A DNA stretch of 64,000 nt from Longimicrobiales bacterium (GTDB lineage: Bacteria; Gemmatimonadota; Gemmatimonadetes; Longimicrobiales; Gaopeijiaceae). Shown piece after piece: positions 1 to 10,881 of the stretch (positions are counted from its first letter, which is position 1; each line of letters begins with the position of its first letter). A model generated the notes under the pieces. That model was not told where the DNA came from, did no database searches, and saw only the letters and a program-made list of their open reading frames with translations. The translations under genes and the position numbers were made by a program. The stretch lies in NCBI GenBank assembly GCA_041690395.1, contig JAWLHJ010000004.1, positions 32,001 to 96,000 on the forward strand. The letters are read 5' to 3'.

Positions 1-493
1 GCTGGCCTTCGCCGTGCACCGGCTCGGCCCACAGCTCGGTGCGCTCGCCGGGGTCGGACCCGACCTCGGGCGGGCTCCGGACTTCACGGTCGTCACGCTC
101 GACGGTGACACGCTGCGGTCGGCCGAGCTCGAGGGCCAGGTCGTCGTGGTCAACTTCTGGGCGACGTGGTGCGGCCCGTGCCGTCTCGAGATGCCCTCGC
201 TCCAGTCGCTTCACGAGGACCGGGCCGACGAGGGCGTCGTCGTGATCGGGCTCTCCACCGACGTCGGCTCCGCCGAGCCGATCCGGGCCTACGCCGAGGA
301 GCTCGACATCACCTTCCCCGTCGCCCGCGCGACGAACGATCATCGACGTGCCTTCGGCGGCATCCAGGGGATTCCGACGACGTTCCTGATCGACCGAACC
401 GGCGTCGTGAGGCACCGCGTCGTGGGCTACTTCACCCCCCCGGCGCTCCGACTGGCGGTCGGGCGGCTCGTGGACGAAGGCCCGCGCCCTTGA
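1..493 (+). CDS. TlpA/ResA-family thiol-disulfide redoxin (5' truncated by window edge)
   Basis: VVNFWATWCGPC motif, APDFT...LDG start and GIPTTFLID; the frame is open to the left edge. Confidence 0.9.
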   Translation, partial: LAFAVHRLGPQLGALAGVGPDLGRAPDFTVVTLDGDTLRSAELEGQVVVVNFWATWCGPCRLEMPSLQSLHEDRADEGVVVIGLSTDVGSAEPIRAYAEELDITFPVARATNDHRRAFGGIQGIPTTFLIDRTGVVRHRVVGYFTPPALRLAVGRLVDEGPRP

Positions 494-517
494 GCCACTC
501 GCCGACCGCCGTACCTT
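490..517 (+). promoter_or_regulatory. Putative sigma70 promoter for the DUF3127 gene
   Basis: TTGAGC-N16-TACCTT. Confidence 0.45.
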
Positions 518-594
518 CAGGGGCGGCCACCCGCACGCACAGCCCTCGAGCCGGCTCATCCGGCCCGAATCCCGCAACGGAGTCACGAGTCGTC

Positions 595-978
595 ATGGAC
601 CTCAGGATCACCGGAAAGATCACGCAAATCCTCGAAGAGATGTCCGGCGAGGGCCGGAACGGCCCCTGGAGGAAGCAGGAATTCATCCTCCAGACCGAGG
701 GCGACTACCCCAAGGACGTGTGCATCGTCCAGTGGGGCGACAACATCGATCAGTTCGCGATCAAGGAAGGCGAGCGGCTGACCGCGCACATCGACATCCA
801 GAGCCGCGAGTTCAAGGGCAAGTGGTACACCGACGTGAAGGCCTGGCGCATCGAGCGCGAGGGCGACGCAGCCGCCCGGCCGCAGGCCCAGGGCAAGGCA
901 CAGCCCGCCGGGCCGTCGGCGAACTTCCCCGAGGAGCCGACGGACACCACGGACTACGACGACGACCTGCCGTTCTGA
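595..978 (+). CDS. DUF3127-family protein (OB-fold-like) with an SSB-like acidic tail
   Basis: ITGKI...WRKQEFIL...YPKDVC...IDIQSREFKGKWYTDVKAW; ends DYDDDLPF; GGAG upstream. Confidence 0.85.
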   Translation: MDLRITGKITQILEEMSGEGRNGPWRKQEFILQTEGDYPKDVCIVQWGDNIDQFAIKEGERLTAHIDIQSREFKGKWYTDVKAWRIEREGDAAARPQAQGKAQPAGPSANFPEEPTDTTDYDDDLPF

Positions 979-992
979 GGCACCCGTAGGAC

Positions 993-1044
993 GGGCACAA
1001 AAGGGGGGCGTCGCTTGTTTGGCGAACGCCCCCCTTCTGTGTCC
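993..1044. terminator. Long hairpin between convergent DUF3127 and purH, probably a bidirectional terminator
   Basis: gggcacaaaaggggggcgtcgc...gcgaacgccccccttctgtgtcc imperfect inverted repeat with A/T-rich arms. Confidence 0.7.
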
Positions 1045-1114
1045 TGTCGTGTCCGCTGCGGCGACCCACGCCACCACGCGCTGCGCGACGGGTGCCGCCC
1101 GCACGCAACCGGGC

Positions 1115-2782
1115 TCAGTGCCGGAACAGCCTCCGGCCCGTGAACACCATCGCGATGCCGTGCTCGTTGGCCGCGTCGATGACCTCCTGGTCGCGCATCG
1201 AGCCGCCCGGCTGGATCACCGCGCGCACACCGGCTTCGGCGGCGGCGTCGACCCCGTCCCGGAACGGGAAGAACGCGTCCGACGCGAGGACCGAGCCATC
1301 GAGCGTGAGGCCGGCGTCGGCCGCCTTCCGAACCGCGATCTTCGACGAGTCGACGCGGCTCATCTGTCCGGCCCCGATCCCGAGCACGGCGCCGTCTCGC
1401 GCCATCAGGATAGCGTTCGACTTCACCCCGAAGATCGCCGCCCAGGCGAACGCCAGGTCGTCGGCCTCCCGGTCACTCGGCGCACGCTCCGTGACCACAT
1501 TCCAGTCGTGGTCCGCAAGCCCGTAGAACGGCGGCACCGGCGGCGTCTGGACCAGTAGCCCCCCGTACACCGAGCGGAGCGCCCGCGGCTGCGGCACGGC
1601 GCCGTGCACCGCCAGGAACGCGATCTGTCCGAGCCCGTCGGGATCGCCCTCCCAAGCTTCCGACACCCATTCGGGGACGCCGGACTCCAGCTCCGGGAAG
1701 GTCAACAGCCTGATGTTCTTCTTCTCCGTCAGACGGGCCATCGCCTCGCGATCGTATCCCGGCGCCACGACGCACTCGATGAAGAGCTCGGACATCAGCT
1801 CGGCGGTGTCGGCGTCGACCTCGCGGTTCACCGCGATCACCGATCCGAACGCGCTGGTCGGGTCGGTCGCGAGCGCCTTCCGGTAGGCGTCGGCCAGGTC
1901 TTCGGAGACCCCCAGCCCGCACGGCGTCGTGTGCTTCACGATGCAGACCGCGGCACGGGTCGAGAGCGCGAACGGAGCCAGGCTGAGCAGGGCGCCGTCC
2001 AGGTCCAGGAAGTTGTTGTAGCTGAGCTCCTTTCCGTGATGCTGCTCGAGCGCGGACAGCCCGGCCGGTGCCCCCGCGGGGCGGTAGAACGCGGCTTCCT
2101 GGTCGGGGTTCTCGCCGTAACGGAGCGTCTGAACGCGGGTGTACGACAGGTCCAGGCTGGCGGGCGTCGGGTCGAAGTCGGCCTCGTCGTCCTGCTCCAG
2201 ATAGTCCGCCACCGCCGCATCGTAGGCGCTGATGTGCCGGAACACCTTCGCGGCGAGCCTGCGTCCGAGGCCGGCGCTGTCCTCGGCGTCGCCCTCACCA
2301 TCCTCCGCGGCGTCGAGCGCGTCGAGCACCGCAGCGTAGTCGGCGGGATCGACGACGACCAGGACGTCCCTGTGGCTCTTCGCGGCCGCGCGGATCATGG
2401 TCGGCCCCCCGATGTCCACCTTCTCCATCGCCTCGACGACGGACACGTCTCCCTGCGACACGGTCTCGCGGAACGGATACAGGTTGACGGCCACGAGATC
2501 GATCGGGCCGTAGCCGTGCGACTCCAGGGCTTCGAGATCGTCGGGCCGGTCGCGCCGGGCCAGGAGTCCCGCGTGGATGGCCGGATGCAGCGTCTTCACG
2601 CGGCCGTCCATCATCTCGGGGTGCCCGGTCACGTCGGAGACGCTGGTCACGTCCAACCCTGCGTCTCGCAGTGTGCGCGCGGTTCCGCCGGTCGAGAGCA
2701 GCTCCCAGCCGCGCTCGGCCAGGGCCTTCCCGAAGTCCACGATGCCGCTCTTGTCGGATACGCTGAGGAGCGCCCGCTTCAT
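1115..2782 (-). CDS. purH: Bifunctional AICAR transformylase/IMP cyclohydrolase
   Basis: RALLSVSDK, GRVKTLHP, DIGGPTMIRAAAK, LRYGENP, ASDAFFPF, C-terminal RLFRH. Confidence 0.98.
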   Translation of the reverse strand: MKRALLSVSDKSGIVDFGKALAERGWELLSTGGTARTLRDAGLDVTSVSDVTGHPEMMDGRVKTLHPAIHAGLLARRDRPDDLEALESHGYGPIDLVAVNLYPFRETVSQGDVSVVEAMEKVDIGGPTMIRAAAKSHRDVLVVVDPADYAAVLDALDAAEDGEGDAEDSAGLGRRLAAKVFRHISAYDAAVADYLEQDDEADFDPTPASLDLSYTRVQTLRYGENPDQEAAFYRPAGAPAGLSALEQHHGKELSYNNFLDLDGALLSLAPFALSTRAAVCIVKHTTPCGLGVSEDLADAYRKALATDPTSAFGSVIAVNREVDADTAELMSELFIECVVAPGYDREAMARLTEKKNIRLLTFPELESGVPEWVSEAWEGDPDGLGQIAFLAVHGAVPQPRALRSVYGGLLVQTPPVPPFYGLADHDWNVVTERAPSDREADDLAFAWAAIFGVKSNAILMARDGAVLGIGAGQMSRVDSSKIAVRKAADAGLTLDGSVLASDAFFPFRDGVDAAAEAGVRAVIQPGGSMRDQEVIDAANEHGIAMVFTGRRLFRH

Positions 2783-2792
2783 GGCTGTCTCT

Positions 2793-3473
2793 CTATCTAT
2801 CGTTGAGGTTCTGCGATTCGGATGCCGCGGCGCCGTCCGGACGGAACGCATCGCCCGCCAGGTCCACCGGCTCGACGTCCCTGCCCTGGCGCCAGAACGG
2901 CACGAGGTGATCCACCACCCGGGGGTAGAGCCAGTGTTCCACCTCGAGCACCCGGGCCGCCACCGCCTCGGCCGTGTCGTTCGGCCTGACCGGCACCGGC
3001 CACTGCGCGAGGATACGGCCCCGGTCGTACACCTCGTCGGCCAGATGGACGGTCGGCCCCGTGACGCGGACGCCGGACTCGAGCACCGCCCGGTGCACGT
3101 TCATGCCGTACATCCCCTTCCCCCCGAACGACGGAAGGAGCGCCGGATGGATGTTCACGATCCGGCCGCGATACCGCATGACGACCCCGGCGGGTACGAG
3201 CTTCAGGTAACCCGCGAGGAGCACGAAATCGATGTCGTGCCGGTCGAGGGCCGCCAGCATGCGTGCCTCCACTGGCTCCCCGTCCGGATCGTGGGCGACG
3301 ACCGCGCGGGGCACGCCCGCTCGTTCCGCACGGGCCAGGGCGCCCGCGTCGGGACGGTTGGAAAGAACCAGCCCCACCCGCCAAGCCGCGTCGTCCGTCG
3401 CGTGGTCCAGAAGGGCCTGGAGGTTCGTGCCGCCGCCCGATGCGAAGACCGCGGCGCGGAGCGGCCGCGTCAC
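2793..3473 (-). CDS. purN: Phosphoribosylglycinamide formyltransferase
   Basis: ASGGGTNLQA, NIHPALLPSFGG, GPTVH; adjacent to purH. Confidence 0.97.
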   Translation of the reverse strand: MTRPLRAAVFASGGGTNLQALLDHATDDAAWRVGLVLSNRPDAGALARAERAGVPRAVVAHDPDGEPVEARMLAALDRHDIDFVLLAGYLKLVPAGVVMRYRGRIVNIHPALLPSFGGKGMYGMNVHRAVLESGVRVTGPTVHLADEVYDRGRILAQWPVPVRPNDTAEAVAARVLEVEHWLYPRVVDHLVPFWRQGRDVEPVDLAGDAFRPDGAAASESQNLNDR

Positions 3474-4123
3474 GCCAGCTCGCCCCCGTAGTGCGGAATC
3501 AGGAACGGATTCGTGGCGCGCTCGTCACCGACGGTGGTGGCCGGCCCGTGTCCGGGATACAGCACGGTTTCGTCCGGGAGCGAGAGCACCTCGCCACGGA
3601 TCGACCGCATGAGCGTCTTGAAGTCGCCACCGGGAAGGTCGGTACGGCCGATCGAGCCCTGGAAGACCACATCGCCCACGAGGGCGACGCCGTGGTCGGC
3701 GGCCACCAGGATCACGTGGCCGGGAGCGTGGCCCGGCGTGAAGCGGATGTCGAAGCCGGTGTTCCCGAACTCGAAGCGCTCGCCGGGCGTGAGCTCGCCG
3801 GTGGGCTCGGGCTGCGGCTCGGCCCGGAGTCCGAACATCGCGGCCTGCTCGGGAAGCGAGCGGTAGAGACCCTCGTCCGCCGGGTGGAGGAGGATCGGCA
3901 CGTCCGGTGCGAACGCCCGGACGGTATGAACGCCCTCGACATGATCGAGGTGGGCGTGCGTCAGGAGGATGGCGTCGAGAGACCGACCTTCACGCTCGAG
4001 GTCGGCGACCATGATCTCCGCACCCGCTCCGGGATCGATCGCGACCGCCGCGCCGGTCTCCTCGCACTCGGCCAGATATGCGTTCTCGCCGAATACTCCG
4101 CCGGTGTACGTCCGAATGCGCAC
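3470..4123 (-). CDS. MBL-fold metallo-hydrolase (YcbL/GloC-like)
   Basis: THAHLDH, TPGHAPG, GSIGRTDLPGG, YPGHG, ERATNPF. Confidence 0.92.
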   Translation of the reverse strand: MRIRTYTGGVFGENAYLAECEETGAAVAIDPGAGAEIMVADLEREGRSLDAILLTHAHLDHVEGVHTVRAFAPDVPILLHPADEGLYRSLPEQAAMFGLRAEPQPEPTGELTPGERFEFGNTGFDIRFTPGHAPGHVILVAADHGVALVGDVVFQGSIGRTDLPGGDFKTLMRSIRGEVLSLPDETVLYPGHGPATTVGDERATNPFLIPHYGGELA

Positions 4124-4150
4124 GGCGCTACCGCACGCCGGGGCGGTGGG

Positions 4151-4477
4151 TCAAACCGTGAAGGAGCTACCGCACCCGCAACCGCCGGCGGCGTTCGGAT
4201 TGCGGAAGGAGAATCCCTGACCCATGAAGCTGGTCACGTAGTCGATCTCGACGCCCTCGAGGTACTGGGCGCTGAAGGGGTCGACGAAGACGCGAATCCC
4301 CTCGACATCCAGGATCTCGTCGTCGTCCTCGGGTCCGTCCTCGATGTTCAGGCCGTACTGGAAGCCCGAGCATCCTCCGGGCAGAACCGCTACGCGAAGC
4401 CCCGTGTCGCCTTGGACACCGTGCTCGTGGATGAACTCGTGGACCTTCTGGGTCGCGGTCTTCGTCAGTGTGACCAT
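4151..4477 (-). CDS. HesB/IscA/ErpA-family Fe-S cluster carrier
   Basis: GGCSGFQY and NPNA..CGCGSSF. Confidence 0.95.
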   Translation of the reverse strand: MVTLTKTATQKVHEFIHEHGVQGDTGLRVAVLPGGCSGFQYGLNIEDGPEDDDEILDVEGIRVFVDPFSAQYLEGVEIDYVTSFMGQGFSFRNPNAAGGCGCGSSFTV

Positions 4478-4590
4478 GATATCGACTTCTCTCCCGGCCT
4501 TCCGGAGGGGTCTTTGATTCGTGGGTCGTCGTTACGACCCTCGCCAACTGTTACCCGTTGGTTGATAACGGGTTTCACCTGGCTGGCCGA

Positions 4591-4619
4591 AAGCTATCCG
4601 AGGCCCCTGACAGGGTCAA
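4591..4619 (-). promoter_or_regulatory. Putative sigma70 promoter for iscA-MBL-purN-purH
   Basis: TTGACC-N17-TAGCTT on the minus strand, overlapping the gmhB stop. Confidence 0.65.
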
Positions 4620-5175
4620 CGGCCGCCATGGTGCTCGAGGATCCAGCGCACGGCGGCGGCGAGGTCGTCCACGACCTCGATGTCCGGGCCGACATCGGCT
4701 TCGTGCCTCCGGCCGTATCCGGTCCGCACCAGGATCCCGGAGCCACCGAGCACGCGCGCAGGCTCGATGTCGCTCGCCTTGTCGCCGACGTAGAACGAGC
4801 GCCCCAGGTCGAGTCCGTGCTCGGCGGCGGTGCTCCGGTGCATCCCGGTGTCGGGCTTCCGGCAGTCGCACGGGCCGCTCACGTCGGGGTGGTGCGGGCA
4901 GTGGCGCGTCGCTTCGGGAGGGACGCCAGCGCTCTCGAGGATCTCCTGCAGGCGGGCCGCGACCGCTCGGTAGTCTTCCTCCGAGTAGAGTCCGCGGGCG
5001 ATCCCCGACTGGTTCGTCACGATCACGTACGGAAGACCGGCCTCCCGCAGCGCGGCGAGGGCCTCCAGAGTTCCGGGCACGAGCTCGACCCCGTCCGGAT
5101 CGGCCAGGTAGCTCTTCTCACGGATGATCGTGCCGTCCCGATCGAGGAAGACCGCCGGACGCGGAGCCGAGGCGC

Positions 5176-5179
<4 letters not shown>
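4616..5179 (-). CDS. gmhB: D-glycero-D-manno-heptose 1,7-bisphosphate phosphatase (HAD IIIA)
   Basis: AVFLDRDGT, VTNQSGIARG, CPHHP...CDCRKP, VGDKASD; GTGA overlap with the selA stop. Confidence 0.9.
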
Positions 5180-6569
<1,390 letters not shown>

Positions 6570-6573
<4 letters not shown>

Positions 6574-7958
6574 CGTGATCCCCCGGGGGGGGCGACGGGG
6601 GGCCCGGCCCCGTCGAGCCACTCGGCGGGGACCTCGCCTCCTCCGCCCTCGCGGCCCGCCAGATTCACCACGCCATCGACCGAGACCGTGTACGCCTCGC
6701 TCGCGTCGAGAGGCTCCTCGAGCACGATCACGATACGCCGCCCCGGCAGGACACGGTCGCGTGCGAGCGCCTGGTCGAGCCCCTGGATACCGCCGCCCGG
6801 AAGGAGTGGTGGCCCGAGACGCCGGTCGGCTTGGGGTGTACGGGCATCCGCGCCGGGCAAGGCGAGGGAGTCGGCGGCCGGGAGGGTATCGGCGGCCGGC
6901 AGCGAATCGGTGGCCAGCAGGGTGTCAGCCGCGGCGAGAGTGTCGGTCGACGGGAGCGTGTCGGCCGGGGCGGCATCGCCCGCGGGGGGCGCCTGAGCGC
7001 GCGCGACCGAGTCCGCGCGGGCGAGCGAGTCCGCGACGCTGTCGGCATAACGGATCCATTCGGCCGCGTGGTACCTGCGCTGCACTGCCGGCCCTTCCCC
7101 GCTCTCGCTCACGATCGACACCGACACGTCGTCGAGCGCGCTGGCGGGATCCACGTAGTCGTCGAAGCGGAGCGCCAGCGTGACCGAATCCATCACCTCC
7201 GCGCCGAGCAACACGGCCGCCGTCGTGTCCGGCGCGACGACGGGAACGTCGACGAAAAGCGTGTCGCCGGGCGCCACGTCGAGCGTGAAGGTGCCGCGTG
7301 TTTCGCTGGGGCCGGGCTCCCCGTCACGGTTCTGGTCGTCGAACGCGGTGACTCCGTACGTTCCCGCCGGCAGGTACCGGAAGGCGTAGATACCGCCCTC
7401 CGACGACGAGGCCAGGTAGACGAGCGAATCCTCGGACACCGCGTTCAGGCTGTACCCCCCCACGCCCCGTCCCGTGATGCGGTCCCACACCTCGCCGGCG
7501 ACGGCCGTCTCCTCCGGCTCACCGCCGGTGCTGAACACCAGCTCGAACGGGTCCTGGAGCGCGTTGCCGAACAGGTCGCGCACGACCGGGAGCAGGGTGA
7601 CCCGGTAGACGATACCCGGCCTGAAGCCGCCATCGACCTCCACCGACAGGCTGCGGCGGCCGTGTCCGACCCGGACCCGACCGGTCCGCGGCGAAACCGT
7701 GACGGCCTCGTCGAGTGGGCCGGCGCCGCCCTGCTCGCTGATGCGCTCGTCGAACTCGAAGCGCACGGGGCCCGTGAAGTCGGGGACGTCGGCCAACGCC
7801 TCGGGCGTCGTGCGGATCACCACCGGCGGGCGGGCGTCCGGCGGGCCACCGGGCGGCGCGCTCTGGCGCGCGCAGGCGGCGAACAGCAACCCGCACGCCA
7901 ACGCCGCCGGCAGCACCACCCGACCGGCTCGCCGCGCCCCCGTCCATCCGTCGGGCAT
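6570..7958 (-). CDS. Lipoprotein with Ig-like (Big_5-type) domains and a D-S/T-L repeat linker
   Basis: LFAAC lipobox followed by A...PPGGPPD, typical of Big_5 lipoproteins; beta-rich sequence. Confidence 0.75.
6864..6965 (-). repeat. Six degenerate 18-bp tandem repeats encoding xxxD(T/S)L
   Basis: ADTL-PSTDTL-AAADTL-LATDSL-PAADTL-PAADSL. Confidence 0.85.
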
Positions 7959-7963
7959 CGTGG

Positions 7964-10795
7964 TCAGCCGCCTTCCAGGCTCGCCAGCTTCTCCCGCAGC
8001 TTGCCGCCCTGCTCCTCGAGCTGGGTTGCCTTGTCACGCTCCTTCTGGACCACGTCCGCGGGTGCGTTCTGCGTGAACTTCTCGTTGGCCAGCCGTCCGC
8101 GGGTGCCCTCGAGTTGCCCCTCGACCCGGTCGATCTCGTCGCGAAGGCGACCCGCCTCCCGCTCGATGTCGATGACCCCCTCCAGCGGGACGAACAGCTC
8201 GGCACCGCTCTCGAGCACCGCGTGGGCTCCGACGCCCGTTCCTGCGCTCGACTCCACTCTTCCAACGCGCGCCATGCGCTCGAGGGCGATGGCCTGTGCG
8301 GCGAGGGCATCCATGAGCGCCGCCCCGGCGCCGGTGACGTGCACGGTGATCCGCTCCCCCTCGGCGATCCCGTACTCCTTGCGGAGCCTCCGGACCTCGC
8401 CGACGAGCGACTGAACCTCGGCCATCCCGCGCCCCGCTTCGGCGTCGGCAAAGCCGTCGGCCCCGTCCGGCCACGCCGCCACGATCAGGTCCTCGGGTCG
8501 CGACTCGCCGGCGGGCCAAGGCAACCTGGACCAAAGCTCGGCGGTGACGAACGGCACCACCGGATGCAGCAGGCGGAAGGCCCGGTCCAACACCGTCACG
8601 AGGGTCGTGCGCGCGGCCTCGCGGCTCGCGGGATCCGACTCCGGCCCGAGCCTGCCCTTCACGAGCTCCAGGTACCAGTCGCAGATGTCACCCCAGAAGA
8701 AGTGGTAGAGCCCCTCCGCGGCGTCGTGCAGGCGGAAGCGCTCGAGCGCGCTCGTGGCGGCGCGCCCCGCCTCCGTGGTGCGGGTCAGGATCCAGCGGTC
8801 CTCGAGCTCGAGATCTCCCTCGACCTCCGACAGCGGGCGCACCGGGGCCTCGCCGAGGCTGAGCAGCGCGAAGCGTCCCGCGTTCCAGATCTTGTTGGCG
8901 AAGTTGCGGCCGTTCGCGAAGGCGGCCTCGACGTCTTCGTGGTCCAGGCTGATGTCCGTGCCGACGGCGCACTGGCTGACGATCGTATAGCGCATGGCGT
9001 CGGCGCCGAATCGCTCCACCACCTCCAGTGGGTCGATGCCGTTGCCCAGCGACTTGGACATCTTCCGTCCCTGCGCGTCCCGCACCGTGCCGTGCAGGTA
9101 GATCTGGCTGAACGGCGCCTCGCCGTGAAACTCGTATCCCATCATGACCATGCGGGCGACCCAGAAGAACAGGATCTCGGGCGCCGTCACCATGGCGTGT
9201 CCCGGATAGAACGCCTTCAGGTCGTCGGTCTGCTCGGGCCATCCGAACACGGAGAAGGGCCAGAGCTGCGAGCTGAACCACGTATCGAGCACGTCCGGAT
9301 CCTGCTCGAGCTCCGTGCCCCCGCACTTCGGGCAGGCATCGGGATCTTCGCGGGCCACGATCGTCTCGCCGCAGGCGCAGTACCAGACGGGAATGCGGTG
9401 CCCCCACCAGAGCTGTCGGGAGATGCACCAGTCGCGGATGTTCTCCATCCAGTGCTCGTAAACACGCTTCCAGTGCGGCGGCGTGAACGTGATCGAGCCG
9501 TCCCGCGCCGCCTCGAGCGCGGGCTCGGCGAGCGGCTTCATCTTCACGAACCATTGGTCGGACAGCCGCGGCTCCACCACGGTGCCGCACCGGTAGCAAT
9601 GCGGCACGGAGTGGGCGTGGTCCTCGCGGCCCCCGACGAGCCCTTCCTTCTCGAGCGCGGACAGGACCGCCTTGCGAGCCTCGAAGCGGTCGACGCCACG
9701 GAAGGGCGCCGGGACCGCGTCGTTGAGCGTCGCGTCCGGGTTCATCACGTCGAGCACGTCCAGGCCCGTCCGCCCGGCGATCTCGAAGTCGTTCACGTCG
9801 TGTGCGGGCGTGACTTTCACCATCCCGGACCCGAAGGTCGGGTCGACGTAGTCGTCGGCGACGATGGGGATGCGGCGTCCGGTGAGGGGCAGCTCGATGT
9901 CCGCGCCGACCAGAGCCTGATAGCGCTCGTCGTCCGGATGGACGGCGACGCCCGTGTCTCCGAGCATCGTCTCCGGCCGCGTCGTCGAGACGGTGACGTA
10001 CCAGCGACCGTCGTCGAAGCGGCCTATGCCGATGGGGGCGGGCGTCTCGGGCTCCTCCGCCTCGGGCTCCTCCGCCTCGGCCTCGTCCCCGTCGGCCTGC
10101 TCTGCCCTCAGAGCGAGCGCCGCCTCGTACGCCGTCTCCGCCGCCCCGTAGGCCTCCTCGGCCAACGGATATCGGAAGTGCCACAACGAGCCCGCCGTCT
10201 CCTCGCCCTCGGCCTCCTCGTTGGAGAGCGCCGTGAGGCAGCGCGGACACCAGTTGATGATGTACTCGCCCCGGTAGATCAGCCCCTTCTCGTAGAGGTG
10301 CACGAACACCTCTCGCACCGCGCGGCTGAGCTCCGGGTCGAGGGTGAAGCGCGTCCGCCCCCAGTCGCACGACGCGCCGATCGCCTTGAGCTGGTCGAGG
10401 ATGACGGGCCCCGTCTCGTTGACGAAGTCCCAGACACGCTCGACGAACTTCTCACGCCCCAGGTCGTCGCGGTGCTTCCCTTCGGCCGCCAGCTGACGCT
10501 CCACCACGTTCTGCGTCGCGATGCCCGCATGATCGGTGCCCGGCACCCAGACCGCGGCGCGACCCTGCATGCGACGCCACCGGATGAGCACGTCCTGCAC
10601 GGTGTTGTTGAGCCCGTGCCCCATGTGGAGCACGGCCGTCACGTTCGGTGGCGGGATGACGATGACGTACGGCTCCCGGCCTTCCTCGAGGACCGCGTCG
10701 GCGGAGACGTGGAAGTATCCACCCTCCTGCCAGGCTCGGTAACGCGGGGGCTCGATCGCGCGGGGGTCCAGACGGGGGGCGAGCTCCTGACTCAC
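7964..10795 (-). CDS. valS: Valine--tRNA ligase
   Basis: PPPNVTAVLHMGH (HIGH), TTRPET, DWCISRQLWWGH, KMSKS; GTG start estimated. Confidence 0.98.
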   Translation of the reverse strand: MSQELAPRLDPRAIEPPRYRAWQEGGYFHVSADAVLEEGREPYVIVIPPPNVTAVLHMGHGLNNTVQDVLIRWRRMQGRAAVWVPGTDHAGIATQNVVERQLAAEGKHRDDLGREKFVERVWDFVNETGPVILDQLKAIGASCDWGRTRFTLDPELSRAVREVFVHLYEKGLIYRGEYIINWCPRCLTALSNEEAEGEETAGSLWHFRYPLAEEAYGAAETAYEAALALRAEQADGDEAEAEEPEAEEPETPAPIGIGRFDDGRWYVTVSTTRPETMLGDTGVAVHPDDERYQALVGADIELPLTGRRIPIVADDYVDPTFGSGMVKVTPAHDVNDFEIAGRTGLDVLDVMNPDATLNDAVPAPFRGVDRFEARKAVLSALEKEGLVGGREDHAHSVPHCYRCGTVVEPRLSDQWFVKMKPLAEPALEAARDGSITFTPPHWKRVYEHWMENIRDWCISRQLWWGHRIPVWYCACGETIVAREDPDACPKCGGTELEQDPDVLDTWFSSQLWPFSVFGWPEQTDDLKAFYPGHAMVTAPEILFFWVARMVMMGYEFHGEAPFSQIYLHGTVRDAQGRKMSKSLGNGIDPLEVVERFGADAMRYTIVSQCAVGTDISLDHEDVEAAFANGRNFANKIWNAGRFALLSLGEAPVRPLSEVEGDLELEDRWILTRTTEAGRAATSALERFRLHDAAEGLYHFFWGDICDWYLELVKGRLGPESDPASREAARTTLVTVLDRAFRLLHPVVPFVTAELWSRLPWPAGESRPEDLIVAAWPDGADGFADAEAGRGMAEVQSLVGEVRRLRKEYGIAEGERITVHVTGAGAALMDALAAQAIALERMARVGRVESSAGTGVGAHAVLESGAELFVPLEGVIDIEREAGRLRDEIDRVEGQLEGTRGRLANEKFTQNAPADVVQKERDKATQLEEQGGKLREKLASLEGG

Positions 10796-10881
10796 GTGTG
10801 CTTTCCGAGGTTCTTGGGGATCGGATCGGGAGAACCCGTAAGATGGCGCCCCCGCCGTGCGTTCGGAACCGGCGTCCTGCG

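Noticed and set aside
993..1099. REP/MITE interpretation of the hairpins between DUF3127 and purH
   Set aside because: I saw no second copy in the window; the position between convergent genes fits a terminator
4478..4590. ZTP (pfl) riboswitch upstream of the purN/purH run
   Set aside because: The conserved GACTGGCG and CGCCTGGG elements are absent; kept only as an unknown structured leader
10796..10881. Possible T-box before valS (also checked before hisS and proS)
   Set aside because: The spacers are too short and contain no T-box GGTGGNACCGCG or terminator pair
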